DNA of 33,886 bases from a virus (taxonomy: Duplodnaviria > Caudoviricetes). The position numbers were made by a program, and so were the translations under genes. The notes beneath the pieces were generated by a model. That model was not told the origin of the DNA, did no database searches, and saw nothing but the letters and a program-made list of their open reading frames with translations. Shown here piece after piece: positions 8,693 through 19,154 of the stretch (positions are counted from its first letter, which is position 1; the number at the start of each line of letters is the position of its first letter). The stretch lies in the IMG/VR virus record IMGVR_UViG_3300002180_000039, positions 1 through 33,886 of that record; one strand, written 5' to 3'.

Positions 8693-9204
8693 TACCATTC
8701 ACGTAACCCCGTTTTATCAGCATTACACGACCTTACAGCCGTTTTTAATTCGTCGGCATATTTGTAAAGGTCTTCGTTTTGAACTTCAATTTCGGCTCGA
8801 CCGTCGGCATTAATAGTGCCTTCGGCGGGTTTATATAGTCCATTTTTTGGCTTGTCACCGGAGAGGTCGAGCAACTTATAAGCGAGAAGGCTAGGCATAA
8901 CATTAATAGACCATTTCTTAATATCGGCGTTTTCATTTTTTAATATCTCCAAATCTCGAGCGAGTTCCGCTGTTTTAATAATTAAATGATTTTTAGTCGC
9001 TGCAGATTTTGCGACAGCATCGGCGCTGATATCCGCGACTTTTTTAATTTTATTATAATCCCGTTCCCAGTTTTTATTAGTTTCTGTCAATGTGGAATTG
9101 GCTTGTGTAAGTTCGCCATTTTCTTCAATTACTCCGAAAACATACCATCCAAATAATATGACCAGAATTAAAACAACACCCGCGATTATTAATTTAGTAT
9201 TCAT
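8665..9204 (-). CDS. Rz-like inner-membrane spanin with an o-spanin-like C-terminus in the same frame
   Basis: N-terminal TM helix, coiled coil, W....MP motif; last gene of the lysis cassette. Confidence 0.75.
   Translation of the reverse strand: MNTKLIIAGVVLILVILFGWYVFGVIEENGELTQANSTLTETNKNWERDYNKIKKVADISADAVAKSAATKNHLIIKTAELARDLEILKNENADIKKWSINVMPSLLAYKLLDLSGDKPKNGLYKPAEGTINADGRAEIEVQNEDLYKYADELKTAVRSCNADKTGLREWYQNVGIVLQ
8745..8936 (-). CDS. Rz1-like outer-membrane lipoprotein spanin embedded in Rz, apparently truncated
   Basis: Signal peptide with lipobox LISC, then Pro-rich NPPKALLMPTVEP; nested in an alternative frame of Rz. Confidence 0.7.
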   Translation of the reverse strand: MKTPILRNGLLMLCLAFSLISCSTSPVTSQKMDYINPPKALLMPTVEPKLKFKTKTFTNMPTN

Positions 9205-9212
9205 AAATCACC

Positions 9213-9422
9213 CTATTTATTCATTAAATTATTATCGTCCCATACCGCACCGAAAACATAAGATCCGATCACGGCACCCGCTAAACCAAACGAACCATAT
9301 AATGCAACTTGAGCCGTTGGAGTATCGGCACCACTCCATATAATTTTAATAATAACCACAGCGCAAAATAACAAAGTGATTATTATTATAGATCGTCTAA
9401 TTTTCCAATTTGGTTGTATCAT
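9213..9422 (-). CDS. Putative holin (2 TM helices)
   Basis: 69 aa, two hydrophobic segments, lies between endolysin and spanins. Confidence 0.65.
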   Translation of the reverse strand: MIQPNWKIRRSIIIITLLFCAVVIIKIIWSGADTPTAQVALYGSFGLAGAVIGSYVFGAVWDDNNLMNK

Positions 9423-9423
9423 T

Positions 9424-9972
9424 TTATGATTCTCTTTGTACCGCTTCAGAAACGCTGTATAACATATCGTTTAATACTTCCCACGGAAAATGAGGGCCGG
9501 GATCGACTTTTTTAGCCGCTTTTTTATCTGGATATTTCTTTTTCCAATCGGCGCGAACCTTATCATGACCTTGTATCCATTCGGTTGTAAATTTATGCTC
9601 TGTCATAAATTGAGCCGATAACGTACCTAAATTTAGAATTTGTTCATCTGTGTAGGGAAAATCGGTACCGCCTTCTAATTCAATACCTATTGTAAAACTA
9701 TTGCATCCCTCGCGACCATTCATTATAGATTTGCCCGCATGATGTGATCGAAACCCTTCGGGTACTAATTCGATAATCGTTCCATCACGTCTAATTAAAT
9801 AATTCGCCGATACTCCGTACTGTTTAAAAATACCGATAATAGCTTTCAAATTAAAAGGATCATTCGGTAAAATATTTTTAGCACTTATAAAATGAATGAC
9901 GATACCATCCATTGATTTTATTTTATGTTTTGAATAACAATATGACGGTAAATGTTTTTTAATAATATTCAC
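9424..9972 (-). CDS. Endolysin, N-acetylmuramoyl-L-alanine amidase (Amidase_2/AmpD-like)
   Basis: IVIH, VSANYLIRRDG, HAGKS, N..TIGIELEG, GH, K.DPGP.FPW. Confidence 0.93.
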   Translation of the reverse strand: MNIIKKHLPSYCYSKHKIKSMDGIVIHFISAKNILPNDPFNLKAIIGIFKQYGVSANYLIRRDGTIIELVPEGFRSHHAGKSIMNGREGCNSFTIGIELEGGTDFPYTDEQILNLGTLSAQFMTEHKFTTEWIQGHDKVRADWKKKYPDKKAAKKVDPGPHFPWEVLNDMLYSVSEAVQRES

Positions 9973-10394
9973 GGTTGTTTATCCATTTTTTTAACGATAG
10001 CTTCGGCGATTTTATCAACAGAAATATCATTCGCTTTATTAGTGCTTTGAGTCCCTAACCATGTAATAAAGCCGGTTGTACAAGTTACGGCGAAAATAAT
10101 TATAAAAGCATAATTTTTTAAATCTGTTTTTTTAACAAATTTTTCATGATGATCCGAATCCATAGCATGAAGTTCAGCTTTTAATTTAATTTCGCATTCC
10201 CGGCGTTCCTTACCACTTTGCTCTATCGCTTTCATGACATTCTGCGTGTCATTTTTTTCATTGCTCATGTGATCCGCCATTTTACAATCGAGATCTTTAA
10301 TCGTGGTTTCGATACTATCCAATCGTATATTTGTTTTTTGATCACCTAGCATTTTATTAACTTCGGCTTCGGTATATATATGTTCATCTGTCAT
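9969..10394 (-). CDS. Hypothetical coiled-coil protein with C-terminal TM helix (lysis-associated)
   Basis: Single hydrophobic segment YAFIIIFAVTCTTGFITWL; coupled to the endolysin start. Confidence 0.7.
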   Translation of the reverse strand: MTDEHIYTEAEVNKMLGDQKTNIRLDSIETTIKDLDCKMADHMSNEKNDTQNVMKAIEQSGKERRECEIKLKAELHAMDSDHHEKFVKKTDLKNYAFIIIFAVTCTTGFITWLGTQSTNKANDISVDKIAEAIVKKMDKQP

Positions 10395-10399
10395 GATTA

Positions 10400-12181
10400 T
10401 TATTCCGAAGTGGTGTATTCAAGTTCTACAATAATTTTACCGGTTCCAGTTTTTCCACCGGGCGAAGTGATTAATATCGGCCCCGACCAACCCCCGACCC
10501 TTGCATCATTAATGGTCATATCTTCTGTGTCCCATATGGCTTGACTAACGCTTGTCGTGATGGACGCGAGAAAATTTGTGTCTCCCTCGTATCCGATCTC
10601 TATCAATATTCCTGCATCCGAGCTCGTGGCTTCTGTATAAATAATTTTAGCGGAGATTAGGTGTCCACGACGATTAGGAACATTAGCAATCATTGATGTC
10701 ACCGCCGCACCTGATAAATCAACTTCTATCGACCGGACGTAATTAATACCACTCACTTGGTTTAATTGTGCGGTTGCGGGTGTACCTGCTGAGTCCATAG
10801 GTGAAAACCAATTATTACTCCCATCGTGACTTACAACAGCGTTATCTTCTACAGTTATCGTATTTATATTGTTTAATGTGTCCGAATACTCAAAAGAGCC
10901 TTTCACATCTACTTTGGCGTTACCTAATGCTCTAATTAAATACCCCGTTCCTGTAGTTGGGCCAATTACAGATTGGAATACAGCACCATTTACTATTACA
11001 GTCGTATCGCTTTCAAAACGCATCAAACCTTCACCAGCTTTAATTTCCATATTCTCAAAATTAATAGTATTTATTACTGTTCCGCGAGCGTTTGTTAATC
11101 TGAATTGAGTTTCCGTACTAACCGTTGCACCAACCACACAATTGCTAAATAGTGTTCTGGTTAATGAATTTACAAAATAGAACGATACGCCACCAGCGGC
11201 AACATTGTTGACATAAACCGCATCGAAGATATTTCCTAATGCTGTTCCTCCCGTGCCACCACCATGAACACCAAAACCAATGGGGTTATCAATTCTTATA
11301 TTGATAAACTGGCTAATCCATGTGGAATCATGTATATCAATGCCGACATTAAACAGACTTGTCCTTATGTTTTCAGCTTTGAAATAGCCAAAAGCAAAAG
11401 ACGGATCAAAATAGATCGCGGCATTTGTTGTATCAGAAGCATGCCCGGTAAAAGCTAAGTCACTAATCCCACTATATTTTGAGCTTAACGCGGGGAAAGT
11501 TATACCGTGTATATTTGCCGCCGTATTTTTAAGTATTGATTTAAACTGCCCAGCACCTCTAAGGTAGACATATTCTTTCATGGCAATATCGGCACTTTTC
11601 ATGTACGTTTTAGCGGCAAAATAAACATTACCACCACCGATTGATTCCATATAATCAACAGCGTCTTGAATTGATGTTATATCATCTGTTGATCCGTCAC
11701 CTTTTGCTTCAAACCATTCGACAGCCACGCCGCGAAAAGCAGATACTCCATTTCTCTTCCATCGACCACCATCAGCATCGACAATTATTGTACCTCTATT
11801 ATCCGTTGAGATAACATCAGCTTCATCTAAAACAAATGGACCTCCAGTATCATCAGTAATAAAACATTGTGTTTTGTCTGATAGTTGACTACTTTCAACC
11901 AATCGAAGGGCTGCATAATCATCTTTTACTAATCCAGACGATTTATTTAATGCTTGTAAATATTGTGATGCACCTACTTTATCAGCATTACCACTCGGAA
12001 CAATTGCCGCCTCGATTAAAAGTGCTTGTTGGAAACCGAAAATGTCATTCGCTCGCGCTTTTTCGTATGGCGAACCATCACCCGCACCCGGCGTACTTTC
12101 ATTTTTAGAACTACCATACGGATAGTCGGCATCCGGTGCGGTCATACGACCGGGATATTGAGTGTTAGGATTAATTGCCAT
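10400..12181 (-). CDS. Tail fibre/tailspike with pectate-lyase-like beta-helix (putative depolymerase)
   Basis: N-terminal attachment region (YPYGS...ND..GF.QAL...SQYLQAL), then WFEAKGDGSTDD..IQ.A...GGG.VYF...Y...L.G.G and Asn/Gly-rich repeats. Confidence 0.85.
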   Translation of the reverse strand: MAINPNTQYPGRMTAPDADYPYGSSKNESTPGAGDGSPYEKARANDIFGFQQALLIEAAIVPSGNADKVGASQYLQALNKSSGLVKDDYAALRLVESSQLSDKTQCFITDDTGGPFVLDEADVISTDNRGTIIVDADGGRWKRNGVSAFRGVAVEWFEAKGDGSTDDITSIQDAVDYMESIGGGNVYFAAKTYMKSADIAMKEYVYLRGAGQFKSILKNTAANIHGITFPALSSKYSGISDLAFTGHASDTTNAAIYFDPSFAFGYFKAENIRTSLFNVGIDIHDSTWISQFINIRIDNPIGFGVHGGGTGGTALGNIFDAVYVNNVAAGGVSFYFVNSLTRTLFSNCVVGATVSTETQFRLTNARGTVINTINFENMEIKAGEGLMRFESDTTVIVNGAVFQSVIGPTTGTGYLIRALGNAKVDVKGSFEYSDTLNNINTITVEDNAVVSHDGSNNWFSPMDSAGTPATAQLNQVSGINYVRSIEVDLSGAAVTSMIANVPNRRGHLISAKIIYTEATSSDAGILIEIGYEGDTNFLASITTSVSQAIWDTEDMTINDARVGGWSGPILITSPGGKTGTGKIIVELEYTTSE

Positions 12182-12192
12182 TTTAAACTCTC

Positions 12193-13005
12193 CTACGAGT
12201 AATCAACTAATATCCCGATCCATTGTTGAGTCGGGCAAATCTTAAGACATAATGTTTCAAATTCGTTTTTTCGTGATGCGTCCACATTTGCATGATCGGG
12301 GAATGTAGCGCCTCCAATATATAAAAAATATGGATATTTTGTCACATCCGACGGTATTATATATTGTTTCAAAGCATACACTGTCAATAATCGACCGTCC
12401 ATAGCGTCGGCACTTCCATCATTCATAATCGCCGAACCATCACCGATTATTGACGTGGAAGGTATATATATCTTATTAACTAATACATATCCGGGCGGCT
12501 GAAATGTTGCTCCATCCATTGCGATGGCTATATCTCCGTCCTGCATATCCGCACCACCATCATTCGAAAAATATCGTAATGGTAGAATCCCGTCGTTCAA
12601 ATATGTAAACGGGCTACGCGCGGTTGCAGGTGTATCGACTCCGACCGGCGGTTCTGTACCGGGTACCCACCATTGATGAACATATACGTCGAATCCCGCC
12701 GCTTGCAGTGTATCTTGAATATATCGTGGTGATTGTCCCCCCAATGCTTTCCATGCTGCATCAAGTCGATCTCGACGTTCTTGTTCATTTGTAAGCGTGC
12801 TAGGAAGTGCGAATTGTTGCTCCCATTGTGGAATTTCTCTCGTAGTTTCTGGAAATATATCTAACCAGACACCATCTAAAAATGTTTTTATATTTGAACC
12901 TAAAGGCGTGGTTAATCCTTCGAAAAATTGACGAAGTTTTTTATTAATAGTAATCCGCCACGATCTTGCATTCGGTAATAAATGCTGAAAAATTCGTAAA
13001 AACAT
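12193..13005 (-). CDS. Baseplate wedge protein (Mu gp48/DUF2313-like)
   Basis: LLP..RSW, P.TT...QWEQQFAL, GGQSP.Y; follows baseplate J. Confidence 0.75.
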   Translation of the reverse strand: MFLRIFQHLLPNARSWRITINKKLRQFFEGLTTPLGSNIKTFLDGVWLDIFPETTREIPQWEQQFALPSTLTNEQERRDRLDAAWKALGGQSPRYIQDTLQAAGFDVYVHQWWVPGTEPPVGVDTPATARSPFTYLNDGILPLRYFSNDGGADMQDGDIAIAMDGATFQPPGYVLVNKIYIPSTSIIGDGSAIMNDGSADAMDGRLLTVYALKQYIIPSDVTKYPYFLYIGGATFPDHANVDASRKNEFETLCLKICPTQQWIGILVDYS

Positions 13006-14204
13006 TATATAAATACTACCGAAGTTGATAGTTTGGCTTTTTCGCCTTGTTGTAAAATATATAATTCAAGACTACCACCTATACCAGTTTCACTAAAAAA
13101 AACAGTGGTAAAAGTTCCATTTGCTGCGGATACAATATCATCAATTAAACCAATCAAACTAGATCGTGTTATTCGATCCAATCGTGGCGGAATTGTTAAA
13201 CCATCAATAAAAGGTTCAGCATCTAAAAAGAATTCAATAACCGCCGCGTCAATTTGTGCTTGTATAGTTGCCAAATTATCAACAATTAAACCCGATACAG
13301 TACAATCGAAACCGACTCGAGTAATGGCAAATGTATTCGCTAATGCATTAGCAGGGCGACGACTTGCAAGTCCATTCTGATCGAAATTAATCGAATCTAG
13401 CACCGCTTCGAGTTGTGCTGTCGTTGGTATTCCGTCCGGATCGGTATCTGTATTGGCTTCGACATATACATCAACTTGACCGGGATTATCGCTTGTATAA
13501 GGATAAGCGTTGATGATACCTGCGACCTCTTCGCCCCAAATTTCATAATCAACATACGCGCCGCCTTGTGGTCGTTTCTGAAAACGATCAATTACGCGTT
13601 GACGATATGCTTCGGTACTTTCCCCGTTTGCACCTGTCACGACTTGAGAATCGACAACAGTATCGCGAGCGACATTAGCTAAAGGATTAGCAAAAGAGAC
13701 AATCGCACCGGGATCAAGATTACCAATCGCACCGGCACCGCCCCCACCTGATTGATCGGAAACCGCTCTAATATTCGCTTGCACCGTGGCTGCATTAAGT
13801 AATATAGCGCCAATTGTAATATATGTGACACCATTATCCACATTGACGAGTTGTGTACCTGAAGAAAGTGACCCGATTTGATTTTCGACGGTAATATCGA
13901 CTAGTAATTCGGCTTGCGTGGCCGCCACTGGGTCGCCTATACCAATTAATCGACCCCATTCGGTTAATGGGACAATAGATTTACCGTTAACGATTGTTTC
14001 GTTTGCACTTGCAGTCTGTACGAATATTTGTAAAAACATGAATCCGCCATATTTATACAAAAGTATAAAAACACCGGCTAAAACTTTAGCTAACACCCTT
14101 AAAAATGATTTAGGTAATAATGGGATCGTCTGATTAAGTGACGCCTCGAGTTGTGCGATTATGTTATCGCTAATCTCTTTGGTAGTAGGTGTCGTTAAAC
14201 TCAT
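13005..14204 (-). CDS. Baseplate J-like protein (Mu gp47-like)
   Basis: G..GNL, GA..ES.EAYR.R, PQGGA..DY..W, GQVDVY; start set at MSLTT (ATGA overlap). Confidence 0.9.
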   Translation of the reverse strand: MSLTTPTTKEISDNIIAQLEASLNQTIPLLPKSFLRVLAKVLAGVFILLYKYGGFMFLQIFVQTASANETIVNGKSIVPLTEWGRLIGIGDPVAATQAELLVDITVENQIGSLSSGTQLVNVDNGVTYITIGAILLNAATVQANIRAVSDQSGGGGAGAIGNLDPGAIVSFANPLANVARDTVVDSQVVTGANGESTEAYRQRVIDRFQKRPQGGAYVDYEIWGEEVAGIINAYPYTSDNPGQVDVYVEANTDTDPDGIPTTAQLEAVLDSINFDQNGLASRRPANALANTFAITRVGFDCTVSGLIVDNLATIQAQIDAAVIEFFLDAEPFIDGLTIPPRLDRITRSSLIGLIDDIVSAANGTFTTVFFSETGIGGSLELYILQQGEKAKLSTSVVFI

Positions 14205-14644
14205 GAGCTCGCCTTCCAATTTTGAACAAATTCGAAACTAGACTCTTCGCCCAGTGTGTCAATGTTAATGATTAATTTGATTTTATTCAATCCGGGAATA
14301 CTTGCGACCACATTTATCGAGGATGCGACTTTTTTATCGATAAACCATGCGAGGTCGCGTTTCGCGGCATCTTCTATGCGATGTAAATTACCTGTTGTCG
14401 CGGGAATTCCTTTAAGTAAATTTTGAGTTTCACTTCGATATTCTAATATTGGATCGGTTTCATCAAGATTACCCCAATATGTTAGACCATTTTTGGATAA
14501 ACCGTCGTCGTCTTCATTGCCGCCAAATAATGACAAATAAGCCGCAGTTTCTAAACCTCCCGACATTTCAACGATACCGCCTTCGACGTTAATGTCGCCT
14601 TCGTCATTCGTCTGGAATAATACTACATCGCCTTGTTGTGTCAT
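14201..14644 (-). CDS. Baseplate protein (Mu gp46-like)
   Basis: GLETAAYLSLF, YWG, A..DLAWF; gene order. Confidence 0.8.
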   Translation of the reverse strand: MTQQGDVVLFQTNDEGDINVEGGIVEMSGGLETAAYLSLFGGNEDDDGLSKNGLTYWGNLDETDPILEYRSETQNLLKGIPATTGNLHRIEDAAKRDLAWFIDKKVASSINVVASIPGLNKIKLIINIDTLGEESSFEFVQNWKASS

Positions 14645-15282
14645 TAGTTATTAAGTCCTGTATTACCCGGCGGCGTACCCGCTGGATGATCATGATCTGC
14701 TACATCTTTACCATTTGCTAATATTGATGGTGCCGATACTACCGCGGCGGCCACGGTTGCCGGACTTGTTATATTCCCACTGGTATCTATAGTAACACCA
14801 TTAACCAAAAAGTCACCGCCCGACTGTAATTCGAATGAACCTGATCCGTTAACACCTTTTATCGATCCGTCTGATTTTGCATCAAATGTCGAATTTGGTG
14901 TCGTAATGATTGATCCACCATCAGTACGAAGCAATACCGAACCATTATTATTCGATATTAATACCGATCCATCATTTTTAAGCCATACTTCATTTACATT
15001 TGCACCACTATTAGCATCACGAGCATAAATTCGCTTATCACCTTCGACAGCTTTTGGTGTATTAATAGGATCAACATATCCGATAATCGTTTCGCCGCCA
15101 GTACGAGGAATATCATTAGTAACCACATAATCGGTCGTTAAAGGAAATGAATCATCCCCAGCGGGTGCGAAATGTTCAGCGGTAATATTAGGACCACCAC
15201 CGGGATCGATTTTAACATCTGATATTTTAGCCCCGTTACGTTCGACACGACTAAATGATAATAATTTCGCTATTCGTCCCAC
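14644..15282 (-). CDS. Baseplate spike/assembly protein (Mu gp45/gpV-like)
   Basis: G.DSFP, GDKRIY, beta-strand repeats and a C-terminal HxH metal-binding motif (DHDH); GTG start. Confidence 0.8.
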   Translation of the reverse strand: MGRIAKLLSFSRVERNGAKISDVKIDPGGGPNITAEHFAPAGDDSFPLTTDYVVTNDIPRTGGETIIGYVDPINTPKAVEGDKRIYARDANSGANVNEVWLKNDGSVLISNNNGSVLLRTDGGSIITTPNSTFDAKSDGSIKGVNGSGSFELQSGGDFLVNGVTIDTSGNITSPATVAAAVVSAPSILANGKDVADHDHPAGTPPGNTGLNN

Positions 15283-16502
15283 GGTAAAACCTCCGGTAAT
15301 TCACCACTAAATGAGCCGGGAATAACAAGTTCTAAGGTTGCTAAATCAGCATTTTCGCGATCGAAATCAACGGAACGAATAATAAATTCGTACTCGTTAT
15401 ATATCATCGCGTCCGGTGCGGTTAATTTCAATGTCGTATTAGGTTGCCATAATACACCAACGGGATCGCGCCATGTATCGACCTGTATGGTGTATCCGGC
15501 CAAATTCCCGAACATACGACCCATTTTAGCCTGTACCGCCGCTTTTACATCAGCTTTAACCGTATCGGGTACCCCGAATATTAAAGGGCGAATCACACCT
15601 TCTAATCGTTCATTTTTAACAGTGTATTTTGATCCTGATAAACCTAATTCGACCGATTCTAGTCCTGTTATATGACTATGGTAATCTTGAGGATTAAAAC
15701 GCGGTGTAACCGATAAAAGAGGTGATTCGCCTTGTCGTAATCGTGCGACAGGATTACCCACTGTCGTTGATTGTTGGAACAATAATTCGCCACGTTCGGT
15801 ACTTGATATAATTAAATTACGTTGTTTGGCTAATTCGATTAAAAATGATAATACTTTCTTTTCAGGTTTAGAGGCGACACGCTCAAAAATTGCGCCATCG
15901 TCTGCATCAAATTTAATACCAATCCCGAAAGGCTCGACAAATTTCGCCGTTATTTCTGGTAATTTTTGATTATTAAATTCTAAAGGGAACGCACTTGCAG
16001 GGGGTGTGCAATCGTTTAATACGGCGGGTAATGAATAACCGCTAACCGATATTATCTTTCGATTATTTTCTAATACTGGATCGATAGTGATCATCGTACC
16101 ATTGAAAAGTAAATCACCACCCACAGTAACCACAATATTTTTATATGAAAACGGGCGAAATGTTTCTCGGAAATTAGGAGTATCCGCGTCGAAAGGTGCA
16201 CTAAATTCGACAGTATCCATCGCATCCATAGAACGAGATAATCGAATTCTATCCCAAAATCGGAACCGTTCGCCGTCAATTAATAAAGCGACCTCATTCG
16301 GATCATCGAATACCGCTTTTTGAGGTATGTTTTGTGGTGCGGTTGGTACGACGGGGATGATTAAAGAAATACCCGGCGTCAATGGTTCAAATACTCCGGG
16401 GTTCGCACTTTCAATACGTCCCGCTTCAAGTTCGGTACCGTATACTTTGCGAGAGATTAATTCGAATGTATCACCATCAAGAACATTATAAATAGTAGAC
16501 AA
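15270..16502 (-). CDS. Baseplate hub (Mu gp44-like) with N-terminal LysM-like domain
   Basis: YNVLDGDTFELISRKVYG...I..ANP at the N-terminus; W.....LWQPN at the C-terminus; TTG start after GAGGG. Confidence 0.8.
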   Translation of the reverse strand: MSTIYNVLDGDTFELISRKVYGTELEAGRIESANPGVFEPLTPGISLIIPVVPTAPQNIPQKAVFDDPNEVALLIDGERFRFWDRIRLSRSMDAMDTVEFSAPFDADTPNFRETFRPFSYKNIVVTVGGDLLFNGTMITIDPVLENNRKIISVSGYSLPAVLNDCTPPASAFPLEFNNQKLPEITAKFVEPFGIGIKFDADDGAIFERVASKPEKKVLSFLIELAKQRNLIISSTERGELLFQQSTTVGNPVARLRQGESPLLSVTPRFNPQDYHSHITGLESVELGLSGSKYTVKNERLEGVIRPLIFGVPDTVKADVKAAVQAKMGRMFGNLAGYTIQVDTWRDPVGVLWQPNTTLKLTAPDAMIYNEYEFIIRSVDFDRENADLATLELVIPGSFSGELPEVLPWDE

Positions 16503-17730
16503 TTTCACGCCCTCGAGGTAATTCGAGTATTTCGGTACCACTCAAATCGTTTGAGTTAATGAAAAAATCAAGTTGATCATCAATACTTCCGTATAATTCA
16601 GCGATTAAATCAATAATTGTACGATTACGATCCAACACGATACGACGTTCTTGTTTGAGTGAAAATGATATTTCAACTAAAAACCCTGCAGCAAGTGCGA
16701 CAGCTTCTAATAATTGTTGATATGCCCCACCTGTATCGATTTCGGACAACGATTGAAAATTATTATCGCGCCATTCGACAAGATTAGCGAATTGAGTCAA
16801 TACAAAATCCGCAGCCTGTAATGCTTCGGTTTTTGTCGTAAATTGATTATTAACAACCGAAACGATCGAACCTGTAACATATGTCGAAGCGTATAAATCA
16901 TTGGTATGGAAATCGTTCGAATGGCGAGAATCGAGTCCGGGTACTGCGATATTATTGTTACCATTTATAATTAAATTAGCTAAATTAACATACCCGTCGA
17001 GACGGGCTTCGATATTCGTCAATGCTCGCGCTGGGGATTGGATTAATTGCGTCGTTTGAAATGCTAATGTTAAAGGTTCTGAAACGAGAATATCAATACC
17101 GTTATTAATCGAATCATTAATCGCATCAAATTGTTTTTTTACATCGTCTTGAGTATTTGCGACAGATTGTAGACCAGATTTAACAGCGTCTAACGATACT
17201 TGATATGTATTTTTAAAACTCGATTGTTCAACAGCACTATCAAGATCGGTAATTTCCTCAAATTCTGCAGCGGCGGCGTTATTATATTCATCAACAGCCG
17301 TCAAAACATCACTCGCGGGATCGTTTTGCGAAGTCGGATAAATAATTCCGATTGTTTCCCAGAATGCGACCTCGATTATCGCCTGATTAGCCGCTGTTTT
17401 AAGATCATCACGTCGAGTAATGGTACCGAATGGCACGACGTCCACAGTTCCATAAATCGGGTGTTCGAGTTTACCGGTGCCCCGTTCTAATAATGCGGCC
17501 TCGAATGTATCGGCTTCGATATCGTAATCATCACCCCAGAAAAAAACGCGTAACGGATAACGACGTCCCGTATGGCCTAGGTCCTGAATAAATGTTCCAT
17601 CAGCGTCGGGAAATTCAAACGCGGTCGTTTTCTTATCAACAGATTTTCGAACATCTTCGTAATCAAACGTTAATCGTACGCTTGACGGCGATGTATAGGC
17701 CGCCTCACGTATTCTATTTAACCATGACAT
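16486..17730 (-). CDS. Mu gpN-like tail/DNA circularisation protein
   Basis: MSW..R..A, FEFP..D...QDLG, G.LEHP.YG; C-terminal ELYG...N...LP.G. Confidence 0.85.
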   Translation of the reverse strand: MSWLNRIREAAYTSPSSVRLTFDYEDVRKSVDKKTTAFEFPDADGTFIQDLGHTGRRYPLRVFFWGDDYDIEADTFEAALLERGTGKLEHPIYGTVDVVPFGTITRRDDLKTAANQAIIEVAFWETIGIIYPTSQNDPASDVLTAVDEYNNAAAAEFEEITDLDSAVEQSSFKNTYQVSLDAVKSGLQSVANTQDDVKKQFDAINDSINNGIDILVSEPLTLAFQTTQLIQSPARALTNIEARLDGYVNLANLIINGNNNIAVPGLDSRHSNDFHTNDLYASTYVTGSIVSVVNNQFTTKTEALQAADFVLTQFANLVEWRDNNFQSLSEIDTGGAYQQLLEAVALAAGFLVEISFSLKQERRIVLDRNRTIIDLIAELYGSIDDQLDFFINSNDLSGTEILELPRGREIVYYL

Positions 17731-19151
17731 TAGAACGCCCCCGAAGGTTGTAATTTGATACCAGCGCCCAGATTACCGCCTGTTACAGCGGCACGACCTG
17801 ACTCGTCACGAATCGTGACTTCGGCTGTACTTGTTTTACGTTGTTCTTCGATAGTTCGAGCGATTCGATCTTGTGGGCTTACCATTTGAGGATCGATACC
17901 ATCCTGTTCTTTTTTATCTTCGTCGTCATCGCCGAAACCGAGGAATCCGCTTACGGCGCTAGTTACTGTTTTTATTTTATCCCACATATCGGAGAAAAAT
18001 TTCGATACAGGGTCCCACGCGAGCATTACGAGTCCCGCAGCTGCGACAATACCTATTAAAATTAATCCTAATGGATTAGCCGCAGCTATTAGATTGAATA
18101 ACCCCATCGCGATTGTAACGACTTTAAGTGCGAGCGATAAAGCAACAACACCGGCAATCACTTTCGCGATCGTGGCACCATGTCTCGATAAAAACGCGAA
18201 TCCATCAGCGAGACTCGATATACCTTCTTTCGCTGATTTCACGAATTCAATAAATTTAGTAGAAATTAACTCGCGATTATTTTTAACCCATTCGCGGAAC
18301 TGTTGAGCCATCCCCGTAGCTCCGAGAATCATTTCTTTAATGGTTGGAGCTAATACGCCTCCGAGTTCGGCTGCAGTTAGAGAAATATTATCTTTTAAAG
18401 TTGAGAACATGCCAGATGTTGTTTTACTTGAAATTTCCATCCCTTTAAAGAATACACCGCCTTTACTAGTCATTTTTTCAAACGCTTTAGTTAAATCACG
18501 AGTCGTAACTTTACCGGCGCTTATCATTTTGAAAAACGCTGCATTAACTTTTGTACCCATCGAATCGGCTAATTCAGTGAAAATAGGAACACCCGCTTCA
18601 CCGATCATATTTAATGATTCCATATCGACTTTACCTTTTAACATAGCTTTAGTGAAACCGCGGGTAATCGAATCGAGTTTTTGAGCATTACCGCCCGCAG
18701 TATCACCCATCATACGCAATGTTTTAATCGTATTTTGAATATCCCCATTCATTACAGGGAGTAATTGACTAGCGGTACCGGCTAAGTTTTCAAATTGGAA
18801 AGGTGTCGAAGCGGCGGTTTTGTTCAATTCGTCCACAAGTTCTTTAGCTTTTTTCGCACCACCTAACAACGGAGTAAATGCGGCTTGAGCGTCTTCGACT
18901 TTGGAAAATTCCCGAACTAATAATCCAACGGACGCGGTTAATGTACCGATACCAATTGTCGCGAATTTTAAGGCGGTACCAGCGCCACGCTTTAAACCAC
19001 CTATCACATTGCTGAGGGCTCGATTTGCAGTACGTAAACCGCGTGTCATTGCTCGAGTGAACTTACCGACTCGATTTTGCATACGTGACACGGGGGCGGT
19101 CAAACGATCAACACCCCGAAAAACCGCTTCAATCGAGAACCGTCCCGCCAT
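17730..19151 (-). CDS. Tape measure protein (short, 473 aa)
   Basis: D.LTAP, A.STPF, GD.A.G, L...GVPI, SG.FSTLKDN, ANPLGL; follows the tail chaperones. Confidence 0.9.
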   Translation of the reverse strand: MAGRFSIEAVFRGVDRLTAPVSRMQNRVGKFTRAMTRGLRTANRALSNVIGGLKRGAGTALKFATIGIGTLTASVGLLVREFSKVEDAQAAFTPLLGGAKKAKELVDELNKTAASTPFQFENLAGTASQLLPVMNGDIQNTIKTLRMMGDTAGGNAQKLDSITRGFTKAMLKGKVDMESLNMIGEAGVPIFTELADSMGTKVNAAFFKMISAGKVTTRDLTKAFEKMTSKGGVFFKGMEISSKTTSGMFSTLKDNISLTAAELGGVLAPTIKEMILGATGMAQQFREWVKNNRELISTKFIEFVKSAKEGISSLADGFAFLSRHGATIAKVIAGVVALSLALKVVTIAMGLFNLIAAANPLGLILIGIVAAAGLVMLAWDPVSKFFSDMWDKIKTVTSAVSGFLGFGDDDEDKKEQDGIDPQMVSPQDRIARTIEEQRKTSTAEVTIRDESGRAAVTGGNLGAGIKLQPSGAF

Positions 19152-19154
19152 GAT

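Noticed and set aside
10400-12181. Diversity-generating retroelement or invertible tail-fibre system
   Set aside because: No reverse transcriptase, invertase or template/variable repeat pair seen in the window.
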